From the NCBI GenBank assembly GCA_964497535.1, contig CAZCCG010000001.1, positions 2,688-66,687 on the forward strand: DNA of 64,000 nt. The letters run 5' to 3'. Positions 1-9,115 of the stretch are shown here, in pieces. The notes below the pieces were generated by a model that saw only the letters and a list, made by a program, of their open reading frames with translations, was not told the origin of the DNA and ran no database searches. Numbering within the stretch: position 1 is the first letter of the stretch; every line of letters begins with the position of its first letter. The stretch comes from an uncultured Gammaproteobacteria bacterium (GTDB lineage Bacteria; Patescibacteriota; Microgenomatia; Levybacterales; UBA12049). Both the position numbers and the translations under genes were made by a program.

Positions 1-279
1 ATGTGTGAAGGGGTTACTTTTGCAATCCTTGGGATTATCCTATACGGCGTGGTCAGCACCTTAGCTGGGATAACCGTACAGAAATGTGGCTGGGAGGATT
101 ACCCATGGATCGGCTTTCTCATCTGGCCCATGATGGGCCTGGTAGGAAGCGGTATCGGTCTCTGGGGATGGGAATTCTGCGGATTCAATTTACTAGAGGC
201 TCTGAGCAAAGGAACGGGCTACGCACTATTAGGTATGTTGTTGGCGACCCTCGTAGGCCTATTCTTAGTAGATCGCTAG
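1..279 (+). CDS. membrane protein, 5'-truncated by the window edge (C-terminal part only)
   Basis: ORF is open from base 1. Hydrophobic TM-like segments with G/W-rich loops. Higher GC than the genome background. Confidence 0.35.
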   Translation: MCEGVTFAILGIILYGVVSTLAGITVQKCGWEDYPWIGFLIWPMMGLVGSGIGLWGWEFCGFNLLEALSKGTGYALLGMLLATLVGLFLVDR

Positions 280-299
280 TTGAGAAAGGAGCATATATC

Positions 300-653
300 A
301 TGTCTGCGATGAATCGTGTCGTGAGTTCGCAGAAGGTCTGCGAACGCTGTGGGATGCTTCTCATCTCGGGCCAGGTAAAACTGGTCCGCAACAGAGGCAT
401 CTTCTGCTTGTCCTGCGCTCCGGTGGAGCAACAGGAACAAATCAGCCAACGCTGGCACCAGTACTGGTTCAAGTGTAAAAAGCTGGGAATGACGCTCGTC
501 ATCCTCTACACTATCTTCTGGTTCGCCGTAGCCAATGCTACCATCCCTACTTGGATGGCTGCACTGGTAGCTTATCTAACCATCCTATATGCCATGGGCA
601 TGGCGCTCTTGATTCACGAAGACGTCAACGCCCAAAAAGCCGACGGGCTATAA
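300..653 (+). CDS. zinc-ribbon (CxxC...CxxC) protein with C-terminal transmembrane helices
   Basis: RBS GAAAGGAG lies 8 nt upstream of ATG at 300. CERCG...CLSC motif, followed by two hydrophobic helices. The track ORF 84-653 probably starts too early. Confidence 0.5.
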   Translation: MSAMNRVVSSQKVCERCGMLLISGQVKLVRNRGIFCLSCAPVEQQEQISQRWHQYWFKCKKLGMTLVILYTIFWFAVANATIPTWMAALVAYLTILYAMGMALLIHEDVNAQKADGL

Positions 654-661
654 CCGCACTG

Positions 662-690
662 GGGGGCCGAGTCTAACTCGGCTCCCTTTT
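662..690 (+). terminator. GC-rich hairpin plus T-run; member of the CGAGTCTNACTCG palindrome family
   Basis: ggggCCGAGTctaACTCGGctccc followed by tttt. Confidence 0.6.
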
Positions 691-770
691 CTTTTGGTAA
701 TCTATCAAACATGTGTTTAGTCTGAGCCCTCACTGCAATTCACCCTGGTTCGCAGTACAATGCGGCCAAC

Positions 771-992
771 ATGAAAACTATGAAAAACAAGTATTTCTTA
801 CATATCATTTTTACCTGGATATTTAGGCTGTTATTGGTAATGGGAGCCGTACAAATTATGGCTACCCACTCCCCTCAAGATTTATTTGGAGTAGCCGGAA
901 TTCTCTTGGGAGCAGCAGCTATGAAATTCGTCCTTCTCTGTTTTGATGAGACGATTTTCCCACCCAAACCTCTGGATGATTACCCTGCTTGA
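771..992 (+). CDS. small hydrophobic protein
   Basis: 73-aa ORF with two predicted TM helices; no recognisable family. Confidence 0.3.
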   Translation: MKTMKNKYFLHIIFTWIFRLLLVMGAVQIMATHSPQDLFGVAGILLGAAAMKFVLLCFDETIFPPKPLDDYPA

Positions 993-1083
993 AGCTACCT
1001 CCAAGCTTATACATCACATAAGGTTTGAGGCAGACCCCTGATGCCCTTTACTATTCTGATCCTTTTTGATATACTTATAGGCT

Positions 1084-1815
1084 ATGAGAAACAAGTATTT
1101 TGCTTTTGTACTATCCCTATTACTTCTGATAGGTGCGGCCCGCAACCCTATTGCTGCATTTGCAGAGCAGTCACCGCAGGAAGCCCAGCAGGAATATTAC
1201 AATCAATACATCCAGCAATATATCCAATCGATTACTACCTATTTAAATAATTACTATAGTGCTTATTATGCAGGACGCACTCCCGCGGCCGCTACTCCGC
1301 TGCTTCCTCCCACTCCAAATGCAAATCCAATTCCGTCTGTAAATCCCAATCCTAATCCGTATCCATTCCCAGCAAACCCTGGTCAAAATATCGTTGGTGG
1401 TATCTCCGCAGGACAAGTGACTGCAGGTGTCGTTATGGCTCCTACTCCCAGTCCTACCCCTACCCCCACTCCAACGCTTATGCCAACTCCCACACCAGGT
1501 ATTTCAAAACCAAGCGGCATCAAAGGCTTGGTAACAATTAGTCCGGTGTGTAACCCAAAGAAAGATCCTACCGAGCCTTGTGCCAAACCGTACCAGTCAC
1601 TCATTACAGTCAAAACTCAAGAAGGAGACTATACAGCCGGAACCGTATATTCTGACAAAAATGGTGTATTCAAACTCGACCTGGCTCCCGGAGTATACAA
1701 AGTAGTCCCGTATACGGTAAAACCCTATCCAACAACTGATGAACAAACAGTCATCGTATCAAATGGCCTCTATACAGATATCGTCGTTTCTTACGACTCC
1801 GGCAAAAAACTATAA
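1084..1815 (+). CDS. secreted protein with Pro/Thr-rich linker and C-terminal beta-rich domain
   Basis: Signal peptide MRNKYFAFVLSLLLLIGAA. Q/Y-rich region, PTPSPTPTPTPT linker, C-terminal domain with Cys pair. Confidence 0.6.
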   Translation: MRNKYFAFVLSLLLLIGAARNPIAAFAEQSPQEAQQEYYNQYIQQYIQSITTYLNNYYSAYYAGRTPAAATPLLPPTPNANPIPSVNPNPNPYPFPANPGQNIVGGISAGQVTAGVVMAPTPSPTPTPTPTLMPTPTPGISKPSGIKGLVTISPVCNPKKDPTEPCAKPYQSLITVKTQEGDYTAGTVYSDKNGVFKLDLAPGVYKVVPYTVKPYPTTDEQTVIVSNGLYTDIVVSYDSGKKL

Positions 1816-1863
1816 TCAAACACCATTGACTCTTTCCTCTTCCTTTATTAGAATGCTAACTAC

Positions 1864-2745
1864 ATGAGCTTTTTCAAAAATATCTTAGACAGTATCTATA
1901 ACCCTTCGTATTATCGACAAATCGCGCAAAAACCACTTACCTCTTCTATATCGTACTTTCTGTTATTGGCACTTCTTCTTACTGTTATCCAGACGATTAC
2001 ATTTATAAATCCTGTAAGCGCGGGTGTTACTGATCTGGTTTCAAAAGCAATCCCCAATCTCGTCAATAGCTATCCAAAGGAGTTATCAGTCACAATCAAA
2101 AATGGCTCTGTCTCCACCAATGTGAAAGAACCATATGTGATTCCTCTTCAGTCTCATAATTCTTCAGAACCAAAAAACCTTATTGTCATTACTACCAAAA
2201 AGACAGTTCCTCTTGAGCAATTTTATACCTATAATTCTCTTTTTGTACTCACTAAATATTCTCTTATCACAGTGAATAGTAGTACGAAAGCTGTCCAGGA
2301 ATTTCCCTTGCGGGATGTGAAAGATATGACCATCAACCGAACCACAATTAACCAGCAGATTACTCACATCCGTCCCTATTTCAAAACGATTGTACCGGTA
2401 CTTCTTGTCTGCATTGGTTTGGGAATATACATCGGTTATCTTCTTCGATTTGTGTATCTGCTTGCGTTGGCTCTTCTGATATTTGCTCTGATGAAATTTC
2501 TCAAACGTGATATGAAGTATGAAGATGCATACAAAATAGGCATTCATGCAATTACCGTGGGGCTTATCGTTGAAGCATTTCTTTTTCTCTTTCAATTCCA
2601 GATCCATACCGATGGCTTTCCGCTGATGACTACGCTTCTTTCTCTGATAGTGGTATATCTCAACCTGAAGGATCAACCAAAAACCAAAGTAGCAACCCCA
2701 AAACTAATAAAAAAGTCCTCCAGAAAAACCTCAAAAAAGAATTGA
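1864..2745 (+). CDS. integral membrane protein, hypothetical
   Basis: 293-aa ORF with several TM helices and a K/S-rich C-terminal tail. Confidence 0.55.
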   Translation: MSFFKNILDSIYNPSYYRQIAQKPLTSSISYFLLLALLLTVIQTITFINPVSAGVTDLVSKAIPNLVNSYPKELSVTIKNGSVSTNVKEPYVIPLQSHNSSEPKNLIVITTKKTVPLEQFYTYNSLFVLTKYSLITVNSSTKAVQEFPLRDVKDMTINRTTINQQITHIRPYFKTIVPVLLVCIGLGIYIGYLLRFVYLLALALLIFALMKFLKRDMKYEDAYKIGIHAITVGLIVEAFLFLFQFQIHTDGFPLMTTLLSLIVVYLNLKDQPKTKVATPKLIKKSSRKTSKKN

Positions 2746-2807
2746 ATCTATTTCTCTCTTACTGTCACTTGTTAGAAGTTAGAAGCTAAACAGTTTGGTC
2801 AGTTAAC

Positions 2808-2997
2808 CAATGTTCGGCCTCCAACGCAGCGGCGCACCCAAACCCTGCGGCGGCTTGCCGCGTAACCTCGACACCGTGATGCGTGGAGGGAGACCACGAG
2901 AACGGAGAGAGTGTTACAGCAGAGAAAACTAAGCTATTTGATCTGACAACCAATGTTCGGCCTCCAACGCAGCGGCGCACCCAAACCCTGCGGCGGT
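2808..2997. repeat. perfect 48-bp direct repeat (2808-2855 and 2950-2997) duplicating the 3' end of trxB
   Basis: accaatgttcggcctccaacgcagcggcgcacccaaaccctgcggcgg occurs twice, 94 bp apart. Both copies encode ...GFGCAAALEAEHWL. Confidence 0.85.
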
Positions 2998-3945
2998 GAT
3001 TGCTTGTTTATATTTTGTATCATGGACATCCCCTGCTACAAAAATTCCTTCTACATTGGTCTTGTAGTGATCGTGGATAACAATAAAACCCTCTGAATCA
3101 ACATCTATTCCTTTAAATACTTCTGTATTGGGTTTATGTCCAATTGCCACAAATACTCCATCAATAGGAAATTCCCAAATGGTTTGTTTATCATTTTTCT
3201 CAAGCGTCTTTCCTCCGGCTTGCTCGGGTGTTTGAGTTGCCATCTTATCTGCGGGCTTAATAATGATTGAGCCGTCAGAACAATGACTCACGAGCTTTAC
3301 TTTTTCAACCTTTTGCTCACCGAGTATCTCCTCTATTGTGGTATTGAAAATAACGGTAATTTTTTCATTGGCAAAGACTTTGTCTTGCATAATCTTGGAC
3401 GCCCGCAATGTATCTCCTCGATAGATAATCCATACATGACTTGCAAAGCGAGTCATAACCAATGCTTCTTCCATAGCACTGTCGCCGCCGCCGACAATAA
3501 TTACTTTTTTGTCTCTGAAAAATGGTGCATCACAAGGTGCACATGATGAAACACCCCGGCCTATTTTTTCCATTTCTCCCTTGGCACCCAACCATTTGGT
3601 ATCGGCACCGGTTGCAATAATTACACTGCGGCCTTCATAGGTTTTCTCAGCGGTTGCAACTTTAAAGGGTTTCCCGGAAAAATCTGCCGAGACAAAATCT
3701 TTTTCAATGATCTCTGCCCCATGATGCTCTGCTTGTTTACGCATATTCATCATCAAATCCGGACCTTGAATCCCTTCGGGGAAACCGGGGAAATTTTCAA
3801 CCAGAGTTGTTAATTGAAGCTGCCCGCCCCACTTGGTGCCGGCAATGATAAGTGTTTTGAGATTTGCACGGGTAGTATAAATTGCGGCTGTCAAACCGGC
3901 AGGCCCACTTCCAATGATAATAACGTCGTATAAACTTTCAGCCAT
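2929..3945 (-). CDS. trxB: thioredoxin-disulfide reductase
   Basis: MAESLYDVIIIGSGPAG FAD motif, CAPC redox-active disulfide, GGGDSA NADPH motif, C-terminal AAGFGCAAALEAE. Start ATG at 3943-3945 verified by hand. Confidence 0.9.
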   Translation of the reverse strand: MAESLYDVIIIGSGPAGLTAAIYTTRANLKTLIIAGTKWGGQLQLTTLVENFPGFPEGIQGPDLMMNMRKQAEHHGAEIIEKDFVSADFSGKPFKVATAEKTYEGRSVIIATGADTKWLGAKGEMEKIGRGVSSCAPCDAPFFRDKKVIIVGGGDSAMEEALVMTRFASHVWIIYRGDTLRASKIMQDKVFANEKITVIFNTTIEEILGEQKVEKVKLVSHCSDGSIIIKPADKMATQTPEQAGGKTLEKNDKQTIWEFPIDGVFVAIGHKPNTEVFKGIDVDSEGFIVIHDHYKTNVEGIFVAGDVHDTKYKQAITAAGFGCAAALEAEHWLSDQIA

Positions 3946-4014
3946 AGTAAAAACGAAAAACGTAAAGCGAAAAATGCAAAACAACCCATTATTTTACGCT
4001 TTGCGCTTTTAGCT

Positions 4015-4344
4015 TTACGCTTGATTCAGGACTTCTTCTACTCCCTTTTTAATATTCTCTTTGGGTTGGGCGCCAACCATAGTCTTAACCGGTTCTCCTT
4101 TTTTGAAGACCATAAGAGTTGGGATACTCATAACACTATATTGTGCAGATACCTGCTGGTTCTCATCGACATTGAGCTTGCCCACTTTTACTTTTCCTTC
4201 AAATTCTTTTGCCAATTCTTCAACAATCGGACCCACGATTTTGCAGGGTCCGCACCAGGGTGCCCAAAAATCTACCAAAACCGGCATCTCGGCTTTGAGT
4301 ACTTCTGTGTCAAAATTTGCGTCTGTTAATGTTAGTTCTGCCAT
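4015..4344 (-). CDS. trxA: thioredoxin
   Basis: WAPWCGPCK active site in a 109-aa protein. Confidence 0.9.
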   Translation of the reverse strand: MAELTLTDANFDTEVLKAEMPVLVDFWAPWCGPCKIVGPIVEELAKEFEGKVKVGKLNVDENQQVSAQYSVMSIPTLMVFKKGEPVKTMVGAQPKENIKKGVEEVLNQA

Positions 4345-4420
4345 ATCTGTAGTGTCTGTTTCCTACCCAAGACACTATTTATAGTAACAACTTACCAGGA
4401 AAGTGTCAATATCACAATTT

Positions 4421-4453
4421 AAAATAGTGGGGGGTACCAGACGATACCCCCCC
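4421..4453 (-). terminator. GC hairpin plus T-run downstream of the 4462-4836 gene on the minus strand
   Basis: GGGGGGTA-ccagacga-TACCCCCC; rc is followed by ACTATTTT. Confidence 0.55.
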
Positions 4454-4461
4454 GGTGAAAC

Positions 4462-4836
4462 TTAAGAGCATGATGCTCGTTGAACGTTTTGATCTTTGGC
4501 CATTATACGGTCGAGCTCTTGCCGACCCTTGTCAGTAAGCTCATACCGTATACTATGGTATGGACCGGCTGTAATACGGCTCACCATCTCCTCCTTCAGA
4601 AGAATCTGAAGTGCGCTATACGCGCTATCCTCAGGGATATTGGATGCAGGCACCGCCTCCCGAATTGCTCCAGAAAGATCGTTGGGGAAAAGAGGACCGG
4701 TTGCGACTGCTTTGAGGACACACTCCTGTATCCATTGGTTATTTTTGCGGGTTGCCTCCTCAGAGACTCGCCACAATCCAATACCACATATGATCAGTAA
4801 TGCAACGCATCCCACGATCACAAAACCCAAATCCAT
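4462..4836 (-). CDS. membrane-anchored winged-helix (PadR-like) protein
   Basis: Strong RBS AAGGAGCAGGAG before ATG at 4836. N-terminal TM helix, C-terminal wHTH-like segment YHSIRYELTDKGRQELDRI. Region is higher GC. Confidence 0.5.
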   Translation of the reverse strand: MDLGFVIVGCVALLIICGIGLWRVSEEATRKNNQWIQECVLKAVATGPLFPNDLSGAIREAVPASNIPEDSAYSALQILLKEEMVSRITAGPYHSIRYELTDKGRQELDRIMAKDQNVQRASCS

Positions 4837-4864
4837 CTCTCCTGCTCCTTTCTGGATTCTCTCG

Positions 4865-5227
4865 TTAGGTGTTTTGGCCGTGTTTCTTCTCCTTGCTGCG
4901 CGCAAGCTCGATTCGGCTCTCTGCAGTAAGGGTCCAACGGTTCCTACCATCTCCACCCTGTTCACGTCTGACTTTGTATGTACGCTGGAGTTGCCTCAAT
5001 GCATCCAACACTGCAGCAGCAGAAGGAGATGAGTGAGGTGATTTCGAAGCAATCACTCTTCGAATTTCACCCGTATCCAAAGGTCCAGGCTCCAGTGCTT
5101 TAAAAGCTTCTCGCTGCAGATAACGCTGGTAAGACCTCCTCCGTATTTTCAGTACTAATAACCCGATGAAAATTATTAGCACCACTCCACTGCTTACAGC
5201 CAAAGTACCAACCCATGGATGGTCCAT
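4865..5227 (-). CDS. membrane-anchored winged-helix protein, paralog-like to the 4462-4836 gene
   Basis: RBS GAAAGGAAT. N-terminal TM helix, basic stretch, C-terminal wHTH-like RWTLTAESRIELAR. Confidence 0.5.
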   Translation of the reverse strand: MDHPWVGTLAVSSGVVLIIFIGLLVLKIRRRSYQRYLQREAFKALEPGPLDTGEIRRVIASKSPHSSPSAAAVLDALRQLQRTYKVRREQGGDGRNRWTLTAESRIELARSKEKKHGQNT

Positions 5228-5394
5228 CTTGTACTATTCCTTTCAACGTACACCAATTTCCTGAGGCCACTATACTCCACCACCACCCCCTTCGCAAGCC
5301 CAACCCTTTGGATAAATATATTTTCATTTGACAGTAATTGTTCCCTGTTTTATACTTCCCCAGGCTAACCACCACACCCATGAAAGGAAGATAA

Positions 5395-5673
5395 ATGGAT
5401 CTAATGGGCTATGTGGCACAGCTTGATGTGATAGATCTCATCGGTTACGTAGCAACGGGAAGTGGTATGTGTATCTTTAGCCCTGAAGTCTTCGAGACAA
5501 TCAGGACGAAAAAGGTAGGCATGAAATGGGCAACATTGGTACTCTTGGCTGTCAACACAGTCTCCTGGGGAATTGTGGGAAACGCCAGAGGTGTAACTCC
5601 CTTAGTCGTTAGTCAAGTCATCTTAGGCCTGCATGTGCTTATCTTGTTTAGGTACAAGCTACGCTATGGATAA
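5395..5673 (+). CDS. SemiSWEET-like (PQ-loop/MtN3) three-TM sugar transporter
   Basis: 92 aa. LIGYVATGSGMCIFSPEVFETIRTKK...W...G...N...LFRYKL matches the bacterial semiSWEET pattern (PQ replaced by PE). RBS GAAAGGAAG. Confidence 0.65.
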   Translation: MDLMGYVAQLDVIDLIGYVATGSGMCIFSPEVFETIRTKKVGMKWATLVLLAVNTVSWGIVGNARGVTPLVVSQVILGLHVLILFRYKLRYG

Positions 5674-5676
5674 ATT

Positions 5677-5707
5677 GCCGGGGGGAGCAATCTCCCCGGC
5701 TCCATTT
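5677..5707 (+). terminator. hairpin GCCGGGG/CCCCGGC plus T-rich tail
   Basis: gccggggggagcaatctccccggc followed by tccatttt. Confidence 0.5.
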
Positions 5708-5776
5708 TAAATTGAAGAATTGAAGCTTGATTGAAAATTTAAAATTAGTTCGCCAACTGGCGAATTGTAAATTGAA

Positions 5777-7351
5777 TTACCCTAGGTCTTCCCGTTTGGC
5801 GTGAAGGAACAGAAACCACTGATCAAAGAAAGCAAAGAGTCCTTTAAATGGTGCTTCAATGAGAAAATCAAAAACCAAAAGGATCACATTAATCTGGGAA
5901 ATCCCCTCGGTAAGCCGCCGCCCGACTCGAATAACCGGCAGGAAAAGAAAATCGACAATAGGAGTCAAAAATCCCTGGGCATCCTCAACCGTATAGGTTT
6001 GAGGAATCAATGCAATGCGATATGCCAGAAAGGAAATAATTGCCAGGAAGAACAAAAATACTACCTGACTGACCCATTGGAATCCAATCTTGGTCAAAAT
6101 AAAGATCAACAGGCCAAAGGAGATGAAAAATGCCAAGAACCACAGCCCAGTAAAAATATTTTCCATGAGAGAATATTCTTTATCTTTTTTGATACTCAAA
6201 TTGAGTGCATTCCCCATACGCGGCTTTTCATCAAAAAGAACCGACTTCATATATTGGAATATCCGATCGGTATTTGTTTGACCCGGAGCTCGAATAAAAA
6301 ATCCGACAATCAAAAGCAGGATCGGCGGAATACCAGTATTGAGAAGTAGTGTTCCCCACTGGACTTCTCCATATAACACCCTTTCATATGTTCCTTCTAT
6401 CAAATAAGCAAACAGTGCCTTGGTAACCAAAACAAAGACGACAGAACGGATAATTGCGGTAGTTACTTTTGATCTAATTCCCGCATAGCGATTATTACAT
6501 GCATCTACAACCGCTTGCTTAAATTCTTCTTCCTTTGTAACCAGTTCTTTAAATCCGGCTCCCCGAGAACGAAGTAAATCGTCCATGATGAAAAATACTG
6601 CGGTGCGTCTGCGCACATAGGAATAGATTTTATTTCGGAATGGATAATTAAGCTGTTTATTCATTTCCATATACCCCTCTTTGAAATGTTCTACAACATG
6701 AGCGAGCGTGTGAGGCGTTAACTCCCCTAAAATCTGAGTGAATAAATAGTATTGTAAAAATGCGAGATCATTTTTGGCAAAACTACTACGGACTGCAATA
6801 TACACCTGCGCATCCCGGGTCTGTTCCTGTTCATCCGTGATTGTAATATTCTCTTTCATAATCCGGAAGATATAATTAACCATGAGTTCCTTTTGATGAT
6901 TCGGATTAATTAAATGTTCTATGTCTGAGGATAGGAGATGATAAAATAAGTCGGTGAGCACAGATTCGGATACTACTTTTTGAACCTGTATCTGTTGCTT
7001 AAATTGTTTGTATACTTCAATCTTTTCAGCAATTTTTGGGATGAGTGATTCCGGCAAACTATTATTGGGGAAATACCGCGCCCACAATAGTTCCCGTACC
7101 ATGGGCTCTGCAATCTTTTTATCCCCAAACATGGAACGCCTTCGTAAAATCCGCTCAATTGCCGCACGAAGAATCACTTCCTCTTCTTTATAATCCATGG
7201 CGTTACGCAACTTTTCATACCATGCGGCAATACGTGATACGACAGGATTGACAATAATCTTTTTCTCATGATGCTCCGTTGAAGGCTGGGTAAAGGCGGT
7301 AATTAATGCTTTGGATAAGTGAGAGACGTTTTTTTCAGGTGATTGTTCCAT
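5777..7351 (-). CDS. large membrane protein: ~300-aa cytoplasmic N-domain plus C-terminal multi-TM domain; hypothetical
   Basis: 524-aa ORF with clear hydrophobic helices in its C-terminal third. No family recognised. Confidence 0.55.
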   Translation of the reverse strand: MEQSPEKNVSHLSKALITAFTQPSTEHHEKKIIVNPVVSRIAAWYEKLRNAMDYKEEEVILRAAIERILRRRSMFGDKKIAEPMVRELLWARYFPNNSLPESLIPKIAEKIEVYKQFKQQIQVQKVVSESVLTDLFYHLLSSDIEHLINPNHQKELMVNYIFRIMKENITITDEQEQTRDAQVYIAVRSSFAKNDLAFLQYYLFTQILGELTPHTLAHVVEHFKEGYMEMNKQLNYPFRNKIYSYVRRRTAVFFIMDDLLRSRGAGFKELVTKEEEFKQAVVDACNNRYAGIRSKVTTAIIRSVVFVLVTKALFAYLIEGTYERVLYGEVQWGTLLLNTGIPPILLLIVGFFIRAPGQTNTDRIFQYMKSVLFDEKPRMGNALNLSIKKDKEYSLMENIFTGLWFLAFFISFGLLIFILTKIGFQWVSQVVFLFFLAIISFLAYRIALIPQTYTVEDAQGFLTPIVDFLFLPVIRVGRRLTEGISQINVILLVFDFLIEAPFKGLFAFFDQWFLFLHAKREDLG

Positions 7352-7427
7352 ATAAAACTGTCATTTTGAAGCAGATGCGGTATCTTTTTCAAGATGAGAT
7401 TCTATTATATATCAAATTTCAGAGGAT

Positions 7428-8141
7428 TCAAACACTCCCCAGAAGGGATTCTTGTTCCAAGGCTGATAAATCATTGATGATAATTCTCAAATGGTTATGG
7501 GTATTGATGAGCCCTTTTCGCTCCAGTTTCTCTATTTCAAGACTCACTGTCTCTCGAGTGAGACCTACCAACGATCCTATATCTTTATGAGTAAAAGGAA
7601 TTGGTATTACCAATCTATTCTCTTCCTGCTGTCCGTACCGGCGTGCATATGCAGCCAATACAGAAGCAACCTTTTCGTATGCATTGCCAAAAGCTAAATA
7701 TTCCATCCTTCTATATAGACTCCCCATCCGTTTGACTATTTTTGATGTCACTGCCAAAAGGATTTGGGGATTTGACATAATAAATTGCAAAAAAACCTCT
7801 TTGGGAGCATACACTGCGGAAACATCACACATCGGCTCTGCATAATAATCGATTGGATCATGTGCAATTGCCCACCTCAAGGGAAATAGTTCCGAAGGAC
7901 CCATAATCAACCGTGTTATTTCTTCTCCATGCCGTGATACCGAATATAATCTTACATATCCTTTCTGGATAAAATAAACACCCGTTGGCACATCATCTTC
8001 ATGGATAATAATATCGTGCTTACGATAGTTACGGACTTTATACTGGCTAAAAAACTCCTCAAGCTGACGCAATGCATCCTCACTCATACTGGAGCTATTA
8101 TACACCGTAAGAAAAAAATTGTAACCTCCTACCCGATACAA
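7428..8141 (-). CDS. Crp/Fnr-family transcriptional regulator
   Basis: cNMP-binding beta-roll (IHEDDVPTGVYFIQKGYVRLY) plus C-terminal HTH (SLVGLTRETVSLEIEKLERKGLI). Start is ambiguous: TTG at 8141 or ATG at 8087. Confidence 0.8.
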   Translation of the reverse strand: MYRVGGYNFFLTVYNSSSMSEDALRQLEEFFSQYKVRNYRKHDIIIHEDDVPTGVYFIQKGYVRLYSVSRHGEEITRLIMGPSELFPLRWAIAHDPIDYYAEPMCDVSAVYAPKEVFLQFIMSNPQILLAVTSKIVKRMGSLYRRMEYLAFGNAYEKVASVLAAYARRYGQQEENRLVIPIPFTHKDIGSLVGLTRETVSLEIEKLERKGLINTHNHLRIIINDLSALEQESLLGSV

Positions 8142-8159
8142 ATATACTAATAAATACGA

Positions 8160-8262
8160 ATTATACTAATCCTGCTATGTGGGTGATATTTATTAAAACG
8201 AAGTAATTATTCGTATCATTAGTATTGATTCGTATATTAGCATCGATTGAAGAATCTTTCTC
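8160..8262. promoter_or_regulatory. three copies of a ~16-bp motif (ATTCGTAT..ATTAGTAT and its rc) in the divergent crp-family/dsbA intergenic region
   Basis: atacgaattatactaat / attcgtatcattagtat / attcgtatattagcat. Confidence 0.4.
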
Positions 8263-8302
8263 TTGACAAATAGCCAATAGTACAATTACAATAGCGTTTA
8301 CT

Positions 8303-9115
8303 ATGGCAGTGAGAACTACACGGAAAAAAGAAGAACCTTTTACAGAAGATAGTGTATCTCACACGCCGGTAACGGTAGCAGCTCCACAAAATCCATTTGT
8401 CCCCTTTCTAGTAATTCTTTTGATTGTTGTTGCTTATTTATTGGGCATGTTAACTACCAAAGTCCAATATCTTGAACAGCAGAAGAATGGAGGAACCCAG
8501 GCAGTCGCACAGAACCAACCGGGTAGCCCTTCTGGGACGCAACCACAAGGCCCTACCCCAACACCCGGAAAAGTAAATGTTGAAGCCGGACACTTTCCTG
8601 TCAAAGGAAATAAAGACGCGAAAGTAAGCATTATTGAATTCGCGGATTTCCGCTGCCCCTTCTGTGAGAAGCTCTATACAGATGTCGAACCACAACTGAT
8701 GAAAGAGTATGTTGACAGTGGAAAAGCAAAATTCAGTTTTCGACATTATGCATTCTTAGGCCCGGCTTCAACACTTGCCTCAAATGCGGCAGAGTGTGCC
8801 AATGAACAAGGCAAATTCTGGGATTACTATGACTATTTGTACAAAAATCAACCTTCTGAAAGTGATACTTCCATGTATACCGTAGATAGCCTAACCAATA
8901 TCGCAGGTACGTTAGGGTTGGATACAACTCAATTTAACGAATGTCTCAGTGCCAACAAATATGACAAAAATGTCAGTGACGACCTGGCAGCCGGACAAAA
9001 AGCAGGAGTCAGCGGAACACCAACCGTATTTATCAATGGCACACCTGTCGTTGGGGCACAACCCTACAGTGCATTTAAAACCCTCATTGATCAAGAACTT
9101 GCGAAAAATAAATAA
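8303..9115 (+). CDS. DsbA-family thiol:disulfide oxidoreductase, membrane-anchored
   Basis: N-terminal TM helix plus thioredoxin fold with FRCPFCEKLY CxxC motif. Confidence 0.8.
   Translation: MAVRTTRKKEEPFTEDSVSHTPVTVAAPQNPFVPFLVILLIVVAYLLGMLTTKVQYLEQQKNGGTQAVAQNQPGSPSGTQPQGPTPTPGKVNVEAGHFPVKGNKDAKVSIIEFADFRCPFCEKLYTDVEPQLMKEYVDSGKAKFSFRHYAFLGPASTLASNAAECANEQGKFWDYYDYLYKNQPSESDTSMYTVDSLTNIAGTLGLDTTQFNECLSANKYDKNVSDDLAAGQKAGVSGTPTVFINGTPVVGAQPYSAFKTLIDQELAKNK

Noticed and set aside
84-653. 189-aa track ORF starting at 84
   Set aside because: Its N-terminal ~70 aa overlap the preceding gene's 3' end in another frame. A strong RBS supports the internal start at 300.
2164-2676. 170-aa minus-strand ORF inside 1864-2745
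   Set aside because: Shadow ORF of an AT-rich gene; basic, K-rich nonsense composition.
2786-2980. 64-aa minus-strand ORF across the trxB 3' duplication
   Set aside because: Translation artefact of the duplicated trxB tail; not an independent gene.
3946-4014. Imperfect cgtaaagcgaaaa / ttttacgctttgcg repeats between trxB and trxA
   Set aside because: Only partial symmetry. Likely just the AT-rich promoter/terminator spacer of two convergent-coupled genes; not confidently a regulatory site.
5801-6349. 182-aa plus-strand ORF inside the 5777-7351 gene
   Set aside because: K/N/Q-rich antisense translation of the AT-rich membrane-protein gene.
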